A DNA stretch of 61,257 nucleotides from Lama guanicoe (Eukaryota): the NCBI GenBank assembly GCA_013239625.1, contig MU053933.1, positions 3,525,817-3,587,073 on the forward strand, written 5' to 3'. The translations under genes and the position numbers were made by a program. The notes under the pieces are model-generated. The model did not search any database. It had not been told where the DNA came from and saw only the letters and a list, made by a program, of their open reading frames with translations. Numbering within the stretch: position 1 is the first letter of the stretch; each line of letters starts with the position of its first letter. Shown here one piece after another: positions 37,240-49,583 of the stretch.

Positions 37240-37902
37240 GTGAGACCGAGCCTAAGTGTGGTGGGGGGTGTGCAGACTGACCACCCCTCCTCCCACGGTG
37301 TGTCCAGTCCACAGACCTGCATGCCCTGTTCACAGCGGGCTGCTCTTGGGGCTGTACGTTCTGCGGGTCTGGGCAAGTGTGCGAGGACCCGTGTCCACCA
37401 CAGTGTCCTGCACGTGTTTTCACTGCCCGGCAGTCCCCACGCTCCCCGTGGTGCTTCTGAAATCCTGGGTTAAGGGAGAAAGCTGTGATGCCTCGAGTCC
37501 CCAGATGATAGTGAGACGGTCTGACCAGCCGCTCACCCTCCGCATCTCCGACACTGAGGCATGGGCTGTGGGCCTCTCTTGAGGGAATGTCTGTGTTAGG
37601 ACCCGGACACCCGCCTCGGCCTGTGATCCAGGTTTCTGCTGGCTCCCCACGCCCTGACGCCACCCCCGGTTTGGACCTGACTTCGTGGTTAGGTTTGCGG
37701 GGCCTTCGCGGGTGAAGGGACGTTGGTCTGTGCGTATTGTCTGGTAAACAGGATCGAGCCTTGAACAGCAGGGCTGTCTGTGGGTGCAGATGTCGTGTGG
37801 GCTGATCCTGTGATCCCCGAGGAAAAGGCACCCGGCATGAGGGTGCTGTACATGCCAGAAGGCCTTGTTCCGTGCTTAAGCTTCACTGTTTTTCCCTTTG
37901 AG

Positions 37903-38135
37903 ATGGAAAAATTGTACCTGCGCTATCTGCGAGCAGAGAGCTTTAGGAAAGCCCTGATCTATCAGAAGAAGTACCTCCTGCTGCTGATCGGCGGGTTCCA
38001 GGACTCTGAGCAGGAGACGCTGTCCATGATCGCTCACTTGGGAGTGTTCCCTTCCAAAGCGGAGAGGGGCGCTGCGGCCTCCCGCCCGCTCACGAAGTTC
38101 CGCACGGCCGTCCGAGTGGTGATCGCAGTCCTCAG
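37903..38135 (+). CDS. PCNT: Pericentrin PACT-domain exon (233 nt)
   Basis: MEKLYLRYLRAESFRKALIYQKKYLLLLIGGFQDSEQETLSMIAHLGVFPSK...KFRTAVRVVIAVL is the diagnostic PACT domain; donor AG|GTATCG; phase 0-2. Confidence 0.97.
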
Positions 38136-39229
38136 GTATCGGAGGCACGTGCCCGTCTTCCGCGTTACGTCGTTGTCGTCTGGGAAATGCTGCAGTTGCG
38201 TTCTCCTCTGAGATGGGTGACACTTGAGGCCTTAAAGTCCATGATCCTTGTCTCTGGAAGCCACGTTGTGCAAAATTGCACCTTCTCAAATGGAGAGAGT
38301 TTTTGTGACACAAAGCCTTACCCTTAATGGGGTTCCTTGTGACAACAGGCACGTTGATCAAGTTTAAGCTGCGTTGCCTTTCGGTACACTTCAGTTTCCC
38401 TCATTTTAGTCAATCCTGCGTTACAAGGTGGGGCATTGCCAAGAAGATGTGGTCCAGCAGGTGTGTGCTTGGCATGGGCAAGGCCCAGCCTCCACTGCGG
38501 ACACAAAGTGTGTGGGGGGCCCTCGCCCCCAAGCGCCCTGATGCAGCCCTGCCCGTCCCCGTCCTTATTTGCACAGGGTGCCATTGTGGAGTGGGGATGA
38601 GACTCCCTGGTGTGATGGGGGATTTTGACTATTTCAGAAGTAACAGTGGTGAAAATCTATTTTATTTTACAATTTTTAAATTGGTTGTTTTTCTAAAACT
38701 GTTCCACTAAGAACCGTGCAGCTGTGTCCACCCTGTGGTCCTCCAGGCCATGCTTGCCTGGCTGCAGGAAGGGGCAGCAGGACTCCCATTGCCGTATCTG
38801 GTCCACCCGCCCACCCGTGGGGGTGGGAGCCACGTATACCCTCCCTCCTGGTTCTCCTGGCCTCAGGCCACCACCCACCTGCCTGTCCTTCTGTCTCTTG
38901 CTCCATCCATCCCAAACCTGCCTCCCATCTTCCCACCAGCATGGAGCAGTGGCATTCCTGGGGCCGTGGGGCTCAGAGGCAGCTGGGCTGAGGGGGAGCC
39001 ACCGGGGAGGGGACGTCGAGGAGAGGGGCCCCCACATGGCACACCTCCTGGCACCAGGAGTGAACACCTGGAGGGCCAGGGTCTCCGTTTCCCCTGCTGT
39101 CCTGAGCCCGGCAGGTGCGTTGGTGACCTGACTGTGCTCCCACGCTGGGAGTCAGGTCACGTCCGGATCTGCATGGCTCTTTTCACTCCTGTTTTGCTCT
39201 GGTTTTCAGTGTTTTTCTTTTTTTGGTAG

Positions 39230-39303
39230 GTTACGCTTTTTGGTTAAGAAATGGCAACAAGTAGACGGGAGAGGAGCCGTGGCGCCTGGTTGGGCGCGTG
39301 CAG
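39230..39303 (+). CDS. PCNT: Pericentrin coding exon (74 nt), end of PACT domain
   Basis: Acceptor tttctttttttggtag|G; LRFLVKKWQQVDGRGAVAPGWARA; donor CAG|GTACGT; phase 2-1. Confidence 0.93.
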
Positions 39304-40199
39304 GTACGTCCTCCACACCCGCAGCGCCTCCTGAATGCCCGTCTGACCTCAGGGCCCAGGGGGATCAGTGACGCGCAGTGAAGAATCAGAAAGTCAGCCA
39401 GAGACAGGGCTTTTGAAGGGAAATGGTTTTTATTCTGGGAACGAGCACAAGTTCCTACAGTTCACGCTGGGGAATAAAAGTGGCTCAGAGGAGCGCAATG
39501 AGGATTGAAGGTAGAAATGCTAAATATTTTAATAACTTATTTTCTTCAATAAAAAGTCCTTTTTCTCCAAAACTGAGTGAAATGCTACTTCACCTGTGCA
39601 CCTCTCTGTGGGGGCATCGCTGCCTCCTCTGCCTCAGCCCCATCTCGTCTCCTGTTGTCTGCCGCCCCATCACACAGGCTCCCCCCAGGGGCAGCCTTGC
39701 ACAGAGAACCTCCCACTCAGTGCAGGGCCGTACGCCTGGGCCCTGCCGACCTTCAGGGCTTCCCGACCCGTGCCGGTCAGCTTTGATGTCCACGTGTGAG
39801 TCATCACACTTGAAATCACACTGCTTCATAGGCCTGCAGGGGAGTTTGCCTGCCTGCCGCTCGCCCCCCCCCCTCCGGGCACCGGTGGTCCCCAGGTTCC
39901 GCCCCCCTACTCCTCAAGGCTCCTCCCTCAGGGCACGGGGCGCTCCTCCGGGAACTGCCCACACACCAGGGGTCAGGGCCGGCCTTGTAGGAATGAAATG
40001 CAGGTGATCAAAACTCAGGTTTCTTGTAGAGGTTTTTAAAATATAACTTTCATAACAGGGACTCTTAACATGTTTTGAACTTGCCATGCACACTCTTAAA
40101 AGCTCATAAATTTAAAATTTTGGTGGGTGGGCCTTCTTACTAAGTGCATCTGGCATCTCTTTTCTCAACCCCTTTCTTGTTAAATAATTCTGGGGGAAG

Positions 40200-40323
40200 G
40201 ACCCCCGGTGCCGCAGCGGCAGCAGTCCTCACCCGACGCCAGCGAGTCCCCACCTACCCGGGACGTGTCCTCCAGCCACGCCAGGGACCCTGTGGCAAAA
40301 GCCTCCCCACGCAGGAGGGAAAG
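40200..40323 (+). CDS. PCNT: Pericentrin coding exon (124 nt)
   Basis: GPPVPQRQQSSPDASESPPTRDVSSSHARDPVAKASPRRRE with conserved ESPPTRDV; donor AG|GTGAGT; atypical acceptor ctgggggaag chosen for phase 1. Confidence 0.82.
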
Positions 40324-41987
40324 GTGAGTTGTGGTGCCTTTGGCTACTCTTCCAGTGCAAGAATGAACGGGGCCTCGGGCGTAGCCGTCGGTGGGAGCCC
40401 GTCTGCAGAGACAAGGCCGTCCATGGAGGTGTGTGTCCTGGGCAGTTTGTGGGGGTGCCCAGGCACACATGAACCCCCACATGTACACACACACACGTGC
40501 AAGGCCTTAGTGTGAACTTCACATGATCTCTTTTCTTTGGAATTTGGGATTTTATTGCACATGTGATGTATCTTTAGACTTACGATCCACTTGGCAATTG
40601 AGATGTTACAGTGGTAAGGTTAAACATCCATAACGTATTTGGGGGAAAACCCATTATCAATGAAAATATAATTAAGGGGACTTGTTGGTTAGATTGTAGG
40701 ATGTAATTTTGTGTAAAAATTGCTGTGAAGAAAGTCTTCCCTGATGGCTTTGATGGTCTGGGCTGTGGTTGGTGTCACTGTCACATTCTGAGGCCCTGGG
40801 GTCATGCAGTGGTCTGGTGTGGCCTGTTGGTGCGGGGCTGACCCTTCACTGTCTTCATCGTGATGAGACTTCTCATCCCAGTGCTGCTTGTGGAAGACGT
40901 GACTCTCCAGATCGAACCACGTAAATGACACAAATCATCCTACCAGACGCTTGAATATGATGATGAATCATTTATTTAATTCTTTCAACTCTGACTTTTC
41001 CAATATTTGGAACCTTCCCTTGAGGTGAACAGAAACGCCCATTTGTTTGTGGTGTTGCAAGCGCACGCAGAGGCTCCCGCCAGCGCATCGGCTCTGATCT
41101 CTGCGTGTGTTCCCCCAGGGTTCTAAAGGGAGCTTGTTGGAGGGAAATGCGTCCTCCAGCTCCACCATCAGGCCAGCAGGGATGAGATGCTGGCCTCTGG
41201 TGATGGTGGCCATTCTGTACGAGCTGCGTGGTAAGAGCGAGCCAGCCTTGGGCGGCCCCGCCCTGATGGGAGAAGCCGCAGCCATGGCGGCCCTGGCAGC
41301 CAGGAGCCGTCTCTGAGCAGGCCGGGGTCCCCGCTCACCGTGTGTCTCTGCTGACGGTGTCCCAGCAGAGTCTGTGCTCCTCAGGGTGATGCATGTTGAT
41401 GGTGTTGGTCCCAGAGTAAGGCAGGGGCCGCAGCAGCGTGAGTCTGTTCTCTGGTTGTGGCTCCCTGGGGCCCGGGTTGGCGATTGCTTTGAAAGAACAG
41501 ATGAGGCCCAGGCCTCTTTCTCGTGGATGCTTAAGAACCACTCCCTGCCCTGGAGAGAAAGCGAACAGTGATGCAGACGGGGCTCCCTGGGCCCAGCTGG
41601 AGGCCAGGAGCGAGGGGCCAGGCAGTGGGACAGTTTGTGCTGGTCAGGGAGGGGCGCCGCACAGGGCACAGAGGTGTGGGTCTTAGGGACACGGGGCAGA
41701 ATCCGGTGGGGGTAATAGATCCCTACTTGAAGATTCAGTGAAGTAAATAATATATGGTAGTTTTTACTTGTTTTAACTCGAAGACGTTGTATAGAAGTTG
41801 GTTTTTAAAGCACTGTGTAGCATCTTTTTAAAAAAGCCTTTCTTTTGTGGTAAATAAGAAATATGGAGGTACCAGCCACCTGCTTTTCCCCGTTTCCCCA
41901 GCGCCACTGCCGTCTGCACTCACTGCATTCAGACCATCTGCTGAGCTCAGTTCTGTTTGTTTCTTGGTGTGGTTCATCTGTATCAAG

Positions 41988-42115
41988 ATCCATTTCATTT
42001 CTGAATTCCAGATCAGAAAGATCCCTGACTGCTTCTCAAGATCCGGAACATTCCTTGACGGAATATATTCATCATTTAGAAATCATCCAGCAAAGACTAG
42101 GAGGCGTCCCACCAG
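41988..42115 (+). CDS. PCNT: Pericentrin penultimate coding exon (128 nt; alternative acceptor at 42012)
   Basis: SISFLNSRSERSLTASQDPEHSLTEYIHHLEIIQQRLGGVPP; donor CAG|GTACTG; phase 2-1. Confidence 0.9.
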
Positions 42116-42527
42116 GTACTGAAAGTCCTGTTTTCTGAAATAGTCTCACTGGTCCAGGAGTGTGCAGTGTGAGGAGGACTGCTAGTGGCCGGCTAGTTTC
42201 AGTCTGGCTGACCAGCCATCACGGGTGGGACCGGAAGATGGGTGACGAGTGTCGGAGGTGCCTTCAGGACGCGCTGTGGCGGGGTTGGAGCTGCTCGGGC
42301 ACCAGCCAGGTCTCTCTCTCTCTCTCAGTGAACGTGAAGATGGTGTTTCAGCCGGGATGGAGTTTGTCCAGTGGGTCTTAATCCTCCCTTAAACTAACAC
42401 TGTGTGTTTTAATTGTAATTCTTATTTTTACCAAAAATAAGTTAATTCAGTGTTAGCATTTTAAAATTGGGAAATTCTTCCTAAAAGACTTCTGACAAAT
42501 TGCTACCTCATTTCTATTTGTATTTAG

Positions 42528-42571
42528 ATTCTACTTCAAAGAAACCCTGCTACCAGAAGACGAAACAGTGA
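42528..42571 (+). CDS. PCNT: Pericentrin last coding exon to stop codon
   Basis: Acceptor tttgtatttag|AT; DSTSKKPCYQKTKQ then TGA at 42569-42571; resembles recalled human C-terminus DSTSKKSCHPMIKQ. Confidence 0.93.
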
Positions 42572-42921
42572 ATAAAATCCTTGTGGCTCCGACCTGTGAT
42601 CATTCTATATTGATTTTCTGAGGAACGCTCATGTGTGGCACATGTCCGAGGTGCCAGCCCCTAGGTGTCCTCATCTTCATGCTGTTACAAAGCCAAATGG
42701 AGTATTTTCTATGTAATTTCAGTGCGTTTTAGCTTTCTTGACTTGGAGGGGTCGCCACGTGCTCATGAGTGACAGGCAGCTGGCCGGTTCTGTGTCGGCA
42801 GAGCCACCCTGGCCACCTCCATGGAGGGTGAGCAGGGGATGGCTTCCTGATGTTTATTTTCTTAAAGTGCACTGGTGGAAACTTGGTTTAAGAACAAAAA
42901 CATAAACAAACAAAAAGAGAT

Positions 42922-42933
42922 AATAAAATTAAA
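42922..42933 (+). terminator. Probable main PCNT polyadenylation signal (AATAAA directly followed by ATTAAA)
   Basis: AATAAA 42922-42927 and ATTAAA 42928-42933, followed by U/GU-rich sequence; ~350 nt after stop; another AATAAA at 43003-43008. Confidence 0.7.
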
Positions 42934-43699
42934 GCCTTCTTGTATTTGTGAATAGCCCTTGTGTTTTTTAGTTTATCCAGTTTCCTTTATCACTGGCAAA
43001 AAAATAAAACATAGACTTAGAATTTATGTTAAACTCCTGCAATTCAAAAATTTTCAGTGGAACTGAACGCATTCTTCACCTGGTAAGACAAACGGCCACT
43101 TGTGCGCCGGTTAATCGTGACTGGTTTATTCCGCTTTTGTGAGCTGCTGTCACCGTGTATTTACTTCTCATGCCGTGGCCTTCTGCATTTTGCTCATGCC
43201 CACTCGTGCCACGTGGTAGTATCTACTCGGCACCCTTTGCCCAGAAGTCTGTCTGCCACGTAATATTAGTAAGTGTCTCGGTGTGTTTCTGGGACCCTTG
43301 AACATGACATTTACTCTGCTGTGCTTGGTTTTAACATTAAGCTCCTTTTTTCTAAACCACCATTACGTATTTTGGGGAGATATTTTCTCTCAACCTACAA
43401 CATGGTGCAAGTCTACGTTTTCTGCCTCGCAGTCACACTGCCGGGGTCGCTGTCTACAACCTTCCCTGTTTCCACCGAGGCCTGCATTCTGCTGCTTGAC
43501 GCTGCTGAAGCCGAAATCTTGATGGGCCTCTGGAGGAGGGACCCGAGAACTGTCTCTCACTTTCCACATCCGGAGGAATGATGACTGAGGTTGGTTGTCA
43601 AGTGCGGCAAAAACGGAATTCCACATGCACCAGTCTCAAGCTAATGAGGGAAGGAGGGCTTATTTAAAGCCACTAGTGGACGTGACCATGACGCCAGCT

Positions 43700-44500
43700 C
43701 GTTACCCTGGGGGTTGATAATTAAAAAGAAAGAGACATTCCCCAGTTTTCATGGGAGAATGCGGGTCACACTTGCTGATGAGGGAAGTTCTTCACGGTAA
43801 AGCACTAGCTGACAAGCCAGAGGGGACGATACAATCAGAGAACCTCCAACTCTGCAGCCCCCGCAAAGTAATCACTTCTGGTCAGGCTCAGTGGCAGGTC
43901 CTAAACTAAGGTGACGTTAAGGGGAGTGGGACTCCCAACAGCACAGGGCCTGGCAGGTCCACTCTGCCGGCGGCTCCTGCGGCACGCTCCCAGTTTACAG
44001 ATGGAGGAGCAGGTGACGCGAAACCACGAGGACAGAGACAGACAGGGCGTTCTTTAAGAGACTGGCTGGATTTCACCAAATCAACAGTGTTAGAAAACAA
44101 ACTACGCTGAAAGAATCTAAGGAGTCAAAATCAGTGCATCTGTGAAACTTAGTTCCTAAATTGGAGGGAAACAGCTGTAAATACATTTCTGGGAGTAACT
44201 GGGTGAATCTGAACGTGTACTGAATTGTTAGGGGACGTGGTGGTCATCTTCCTGGGTGTGACGATGGCTGGGAGTGCAGCTGTCCCTGGGAGCCGTGCAC
44301 TGAACTGTAGGAAAAAGGAGCCACGACTGGAGCAACGGACTGTGAATTGTCCCGTTAGAAAAAAACACATGCCTACATGGGTTAAGTAAACATTAGGTAG
44401 ACATGCAAACTCTTCTGAAAATGTTGAATCTGGATTGAATCATAGTTCATATGCAGTTATTTTTTCAAATTTTTCATAATGAAAATGAAGAAAACACATC
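43700..44500 (+). mobile_element. Ancient L1 3' end (L1MC/L1ME-like)
   Basis: catttctgggagtaactgggtgaatctgaacgtgtactg...cttcctgggtgtgacgatgg, ending tttttcataatgaaaatg. Confidence 0.5.
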
Positions 44501-44547
44501 ATAGCCAACTGAAGTCTGGCCAGGACGTCTCGACCTACTACAGGGTT

Positions 44548-44915
44548 CTGCGCCTGCCCAGGCGTGAAAACAAACCACGCTGGGCTTTCACACCAAGGGA
44601 ATTCGGTACAAAGATGATGGCCGTGGTGGTGTGGAGCTGAGACGCGAGGCTGGTAGCACAGGTGGTAACCCAGAGACCGGCCGTGTCAGAAGTTGCTCTT
44701 TCCCTGGGGCTGGAGGGTCAGCAGAGTTGGTACTGGGACGGGGATAGGGTGCCTCTGGCAGGAGCCAACCCCAGAGGAGACGCATCAGCTCCTAGGGATG
44801 CTGCCTGCAGCTCCGTGGAGGGGAGAGGTACCCTTGCCCTCCTGCCCTCCTGTGCACCAGGCCAGACGGGAGCAGGCAGGAGTCCATCTGAAGGCACATC
44901 GGCAGATGACCCTTT
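44548..44915. mobile_element. ERVL-class LTR, LTR33-like
   Basis: gaaaacaaaccacgctggg...gtaacccagagac...ggggctggaggg...cctctggcaggagc...gaggagacgca resemble recalled LTR33 consensus. Confidence 0.55.
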
Positions 44916-47744
44916 GGCTACTAAGAATTTGTCCTCATCCACCTGTATTTAATCGCCAAAACACACCTGCCTGGTGTGGGGCACATACTCTTCAAAACAA
45001 AGACGATCGAATCCTCTCCAAGACCCACGAGGTCATACCTCAGTAAGGCAGGCTCTCCAGCGAACCCAGACTTCTCCCTTGTTGCCGGGCCTGCCCCCTT
45101 GCTAATCTGTACAGTTAACACACCAGCATGCGTGACTACATGTGGAACGTGGATCTGCTCCTGGGAAAACAAACTTGTGACTCTTACGGGACGAGTCCCA
45201 GTATCGCGCATGTGGCTGGGCTGACCTTCCCGGTGAAAGGGGCCACACTGGGAGCTCAGCGTTGGTCTCTTCAGCTGGCAGGTTAGACCTTCAGTGGCAG
45301 CAAGTGCTTAGACCAGGCTTTGGTCAGGCAGCCACACCATCGGGCCTGTGAACAGCCTCCAGCTCATTACCTGGACCGATCGTGCAAGAGATGCTGTCCA
45401 GCGTCAGCCTGGCTGTTTATTACTTGCCCGGACACTTGTGGGCACCAGCGTTTATACAAAAACCATCCCACTTGGCGCCTATTCCGGTACATCTGCTCAC
45501 ACGTTTCTACCACAGACCTTTGTCCCCAGTTTCCAACTGTGTTCCTTCCAGGCCCTTAACCAGCCACCCAGGCCATCCACCACTGCCCGAGTGTCCGTAT
45601 AGGTCCTCACCTTGGGCCGCCACTCACACGCAAAAAAGTGAGTGACCAGGCACTCTGCCTATTGAGAGGGTATGTCGCTTCAAGGCCACCCTGAGCGAGG
45701 CTGTCGTGTAGCTGCTGTCCATTTTCATTTTGAACTCACATACCAAGCCAATCTAGCTATGAACCAAGCTCGAGATTTTTCCTCCTCTGTCAGCTGGTCT
45801 TAAAAGCTTCCCCACACAATCCCAGGTGAGATGAGAGAGGCCCTGACACAACAGCAGTGGATGCCGCGTGGGTCTGGGCCACGTGCTCCGAACAGTCTCA
45901 CACTCACTGGAATCTACTGCTCTCCACCTTCTGATGGACTGTTGCCAGGCCAATCCGACCTCATGACTTGGCAGGTTTGGCAGAACCCCCCTAACAAAGC
46001 GCTGTTTTTCCCTGCATGGTCACCTGGTGTCCCCAGGTCAGGTGTTCCACCTGTAACAGAGCACAGAAGCACACCAAGGCGGTGGTGTTTCCCCCAAAAG
46101 GTACATAACGCCCTGCTCCAAGTATCATGGTGGAACCTAGGGTCGGGCTTTGTGGATCTTCTACTGAGATGTGCCAGGAACTCCACATTGCACTGTTCCC
46201 CACCAGCAACCGCCAGTACCACCAGCTAGACCACATGGCCCAGGCAGCAGAGCTGCCTGCATCACAGCCCTGACCTACTACAGAACTCTTCCTGTTCTAG
46301 GCTCTTCTCAACCTGGCAGCCTTCCAAATCACCCAGTATTCGGGCCAGAGCAGTATCTCTAAGGTGTGGAATATGCTGCTTCCAGAACCTGAAGAGGCCC
46401 AACAGTGTCTTCCTTTCTTAATGGCTGAAGGTGCAAGATGCATTAACTGTCTCCGGCTTTTGGAAGGGATGCCATAGGGTATCACTGGACTCCTAAAAAT
46501 GTTACACGTAGCAAGTCCTGGAATTTTCATAGGGTTCATCTATTATTCCCTGGAGCACCTGTGTCTTACCAAGGCCTCCACCATTGTCATCTCTTGCTCA
46601 TCTGGCCAATCAACATAATGTTATTGATACAGTGGAACAATGTGATATTCTTCAAGATGGTGAAGTCTTTGGGCTGAGAGAGGGCAAGAAGGGTAACACA
46701 GCCTTCAGGCAAAACTGTATCTTTGTGAAATGCTTCTAATCCTCTTTTCTGACAGAAAAGAGCACCCAGTCAATAGCCACCTGCCTCGTCTCTACTATCA
46801 GGGCTGTTATTTGGTTGAGTTTGTAACACGCTGTCATCCTCTGATTCTTGCAGGGGTCATGTTGGTGAACTAAAGTTTCTGGGGACCACTATGCTGTATC
46901 CTTTAGATCCTTTAAAGTGGCACCAATCTCTGCCATCCCCACCCCCCCAGCCCTACATGTGATACTGTTTTATGATCTTGGTAGGAACAGGGCACTTTCT
47001 GAGGTTTCCACTTGGCATATTGTGACAGCTCTAAACCTACAGGTCAGGGACCCCACATGAGACTATGTCAATGCAATTACTCAGCTGGGGACAGGGGAAA
47101 TGACCACCCAGCAGGTCCAGAGACCCAGTGAACCCGTAAGCTGGACCTTGGGCAGGACCCATTAATTATCTGGCCACCATATGCAGCCACTCTGACGGGG
47201 GAGCCATGGTGATGATCTGGTTGTCTGGATATCAAAATCACCCATCCTCGGCCTTTTTCAGCTGGGAGAAGCCTCAGTAGCTCTCTGTTCCTCTGGGGAC
47301 GCCTGTTTTATTAGCCATTTCTGCAGCTCTGCACTTACGCTTCCTTGGTTGCCACTCAGACCTTGCTGGCGATCGTAACTGTGATACTCTGACTTCTCAG
47401 TTAAGTGCTGCCCCTGGCCTCTTGTTGTAGGGCCCTACTACCCCCAGTGCTGTCGCCCAGGCAGGTACTGGAGCAGCCTCTCCTGCTGTCCACTCTTGCC
47501 TACAGAGCTGAGCCACCACTGAATCACAACACCAATGCCCCTTTCGTCAGCCTGTTTATTTGTAAATGTGTTATTTGTGCCTTTATGTGGAATACAATCA
47601 TCTGGTGGGTCTTCAGGAAGCACGGAGTATTTAAATTTCAGCACAACTATATCCCTGTCCCCTTTACTCCTTTCCATCCTTTAGTCCATCCCAGCAATTT
47701 TCTCATTTCAGCTTTTTTTATTGGGGGCCATAGCTTTCTCCATG

Positions 47745-48231
47745 TGTAGTGTTTTAAAAATATATCTGCAAATTCTGACATAGCTCCCTTCAGAAGATGG
47801 AGTCTAATTCCTCTTCAGCGACTACAGGTGAGATTTACTAGCAGAAGCGGCAGAAGTGATGGTATGTTACTCGAGGGTAGTTCACAAAAAGGCTGTGGCT
47901 TTCCTTTGTCTCTGGACAACTGCCCTTGGAACCCAGCCATCCCACTGTGAGGAAGCCTAGGCCACCAGGGGTGGCCACGTGTGGGTATGCCGGCCAACAT
48001 TCCTTAATCTGGGCGCCAGCATCAATGGCCAGACATGTGAGTAAATGAACCCTCAGATCATTCCAACCTCTAGCCTTCAAGCTGCTCCAGCTGAAGCCCC
48101 AGATGCTGTGAAACAGATAAGCCATCCCCACTATGCCCTGACCCACAGTCACCTGGAGAGCTAATAAATGATTCTCATTTTAAGCCACAAAGTGTGTGTA
48201 GTAATTTGTTATGTAGCAAAGGTACAGCACA
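47745..48231 (+). mobile_element. MaLR LTR (MLT1F-like) nested in the ERV-L
   Basis: ggagtctaattcc...gcagaagtgatgg...tgtgaggaagcctaggccac...ttttaagccac...gtaatttgttatgtagca. Confidence 0.8.
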
Positions 48232-48471
48232 ATTTTAGGAGCCATCCTTTCAGTGAGTTTGCTACCAGTCTTTGCCTGGGTGTTAAATCCTGTATCTTAG
48301 AAGACTGCTCATAATAGTCTTCTACCCGATTTTATACTCCAGCTCTCTCTTGAATTCTGCAGCGGTCATGCTGTTGTACTAAACAAGGATGCTGGGGACC
48401 ACCACTCAACAAGCACTCACAGTCCCACACAAACTTTCCTAGCTCCTGGCAGCTGGCTGGATCTTACAGCC

Positions 48472-48889
48472 TGTAATGGGTTGAACTGTGTCCCCCCAAA
48501 AGATGTTGACATCCTAATCCCCAGTACCCATTAATATAATCTTACATGGAAATAGGGTCTTTGCAGATGATCAAATTAAGATGAATTAATTAGGGTAGGT
48601 CCTAATCCAATGACTAGTGTCCTTAAAAACAGGGGATTTGGACACAGAAACAAACAGGGAGAAGGCCATCTGAACATGAAGGCAGAGACTGTCATGATGC
48701 ATCTACAAGCCAAGTAACATCAAGGATTGCCACAAACCACCAGAATACAGCAGACAGGAATGGAACAGACCCTTCCCTCATAGCCCTCGGTCACCCTGTT
48801 CTAACTTCTAGCCTCCAGATCTGTAATACATTTCTGTAAGCAACTCAGTTTGTGGTACTTTGTTACTGCAGCTCCAGCAAACTAATACA
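48472..48889 (+). mobile_element. MaLR LTR (MLT1B-like) nested in the ERV-L
   Basis: Intact termini TGTAATGGGTTGAACTGTGTCCCCCCAAAA ... GTGGTACTTTGTTACTGCAGCTCCAGCAAACTAATACA. Confidence 0.88.
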
Positions 48890-49583
48890 CAGTGGTTTTG
48901 GGTGGGTTGGGGGGCGCTTTAGTCTGTTTTCTCTTTCACCATGTTTCCAGCTTATTTATGTTAATAGTCATAATTATATGCCTAGTATCCAATAGGTTGA
49001 GGGAAGGAGTGCTAGGTTGGTAGAGAAAGGTGAGCCACATGGGCACGTTCCAAAGGTTCAAGGCCGTCTGGGGGAGTCAAAACCTTTGAGGGCATCTACC
49101 CTGATCTCAGGTATCTCTGGGCCCAGGTCTCCCCAACCAGGGCCCCAAACTTAGTGTAACAGAACTGCCTTGATTGGGTGTTCATCATCTCTGAGGTATT
49201 AATTCTTAGGTCTGGCCCTTGTCTTTATTGTCTCAATGTAGATCAGAGTTTCTCTGCATGCAACCAAAGTGACTCCATGGCTTCCTTGGTGCGTTGCTGG
49301 CAGCTGGCAGCTGTCCATTAAGGACATCAGTAATACTGAGAAATAGCTTCCCAATTCTGTTACCCTTCTGTATAGCTAACGTTTCCACATTTCCATCATA
49401 CATAAAGGGCCACTAGTGTATTCCATTTCACTTGGCTGGTTTACTCTCCTACTTCAAAATGGGTGAAAAGCTAACAATTAGATCACTTTCAGCCAGAGGC
49501 TGTATGTGTTCCCCCACAAGTGGTGAGTGATTCAGCCTCAAACGCCATCTTTTCACCTGCCTTCTCAGACTCCTGGTACCAAC

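Larger units (their letters stand above)
45000..49583 (-). mobile_element. Decayed ERV-L internal region (ERV3-16A3-like gag/pol remnants)
   Basis: Minus-strand RT remnants NITLFHCINNIMLIG, NPMKIPG, LMHLAP, LGLFRFWKQHIPHL at ~46200-46660; PBS-like TGGTACCAGGAGT at 49569-49581. Confidence 0.85.

Noticed and set aside
44548..44915. Matching 3' LTR of the ERV-L provirus
   Set aside because: By eye it does not match the 5' LTR at 49584-49970 and looks like a different LTR family
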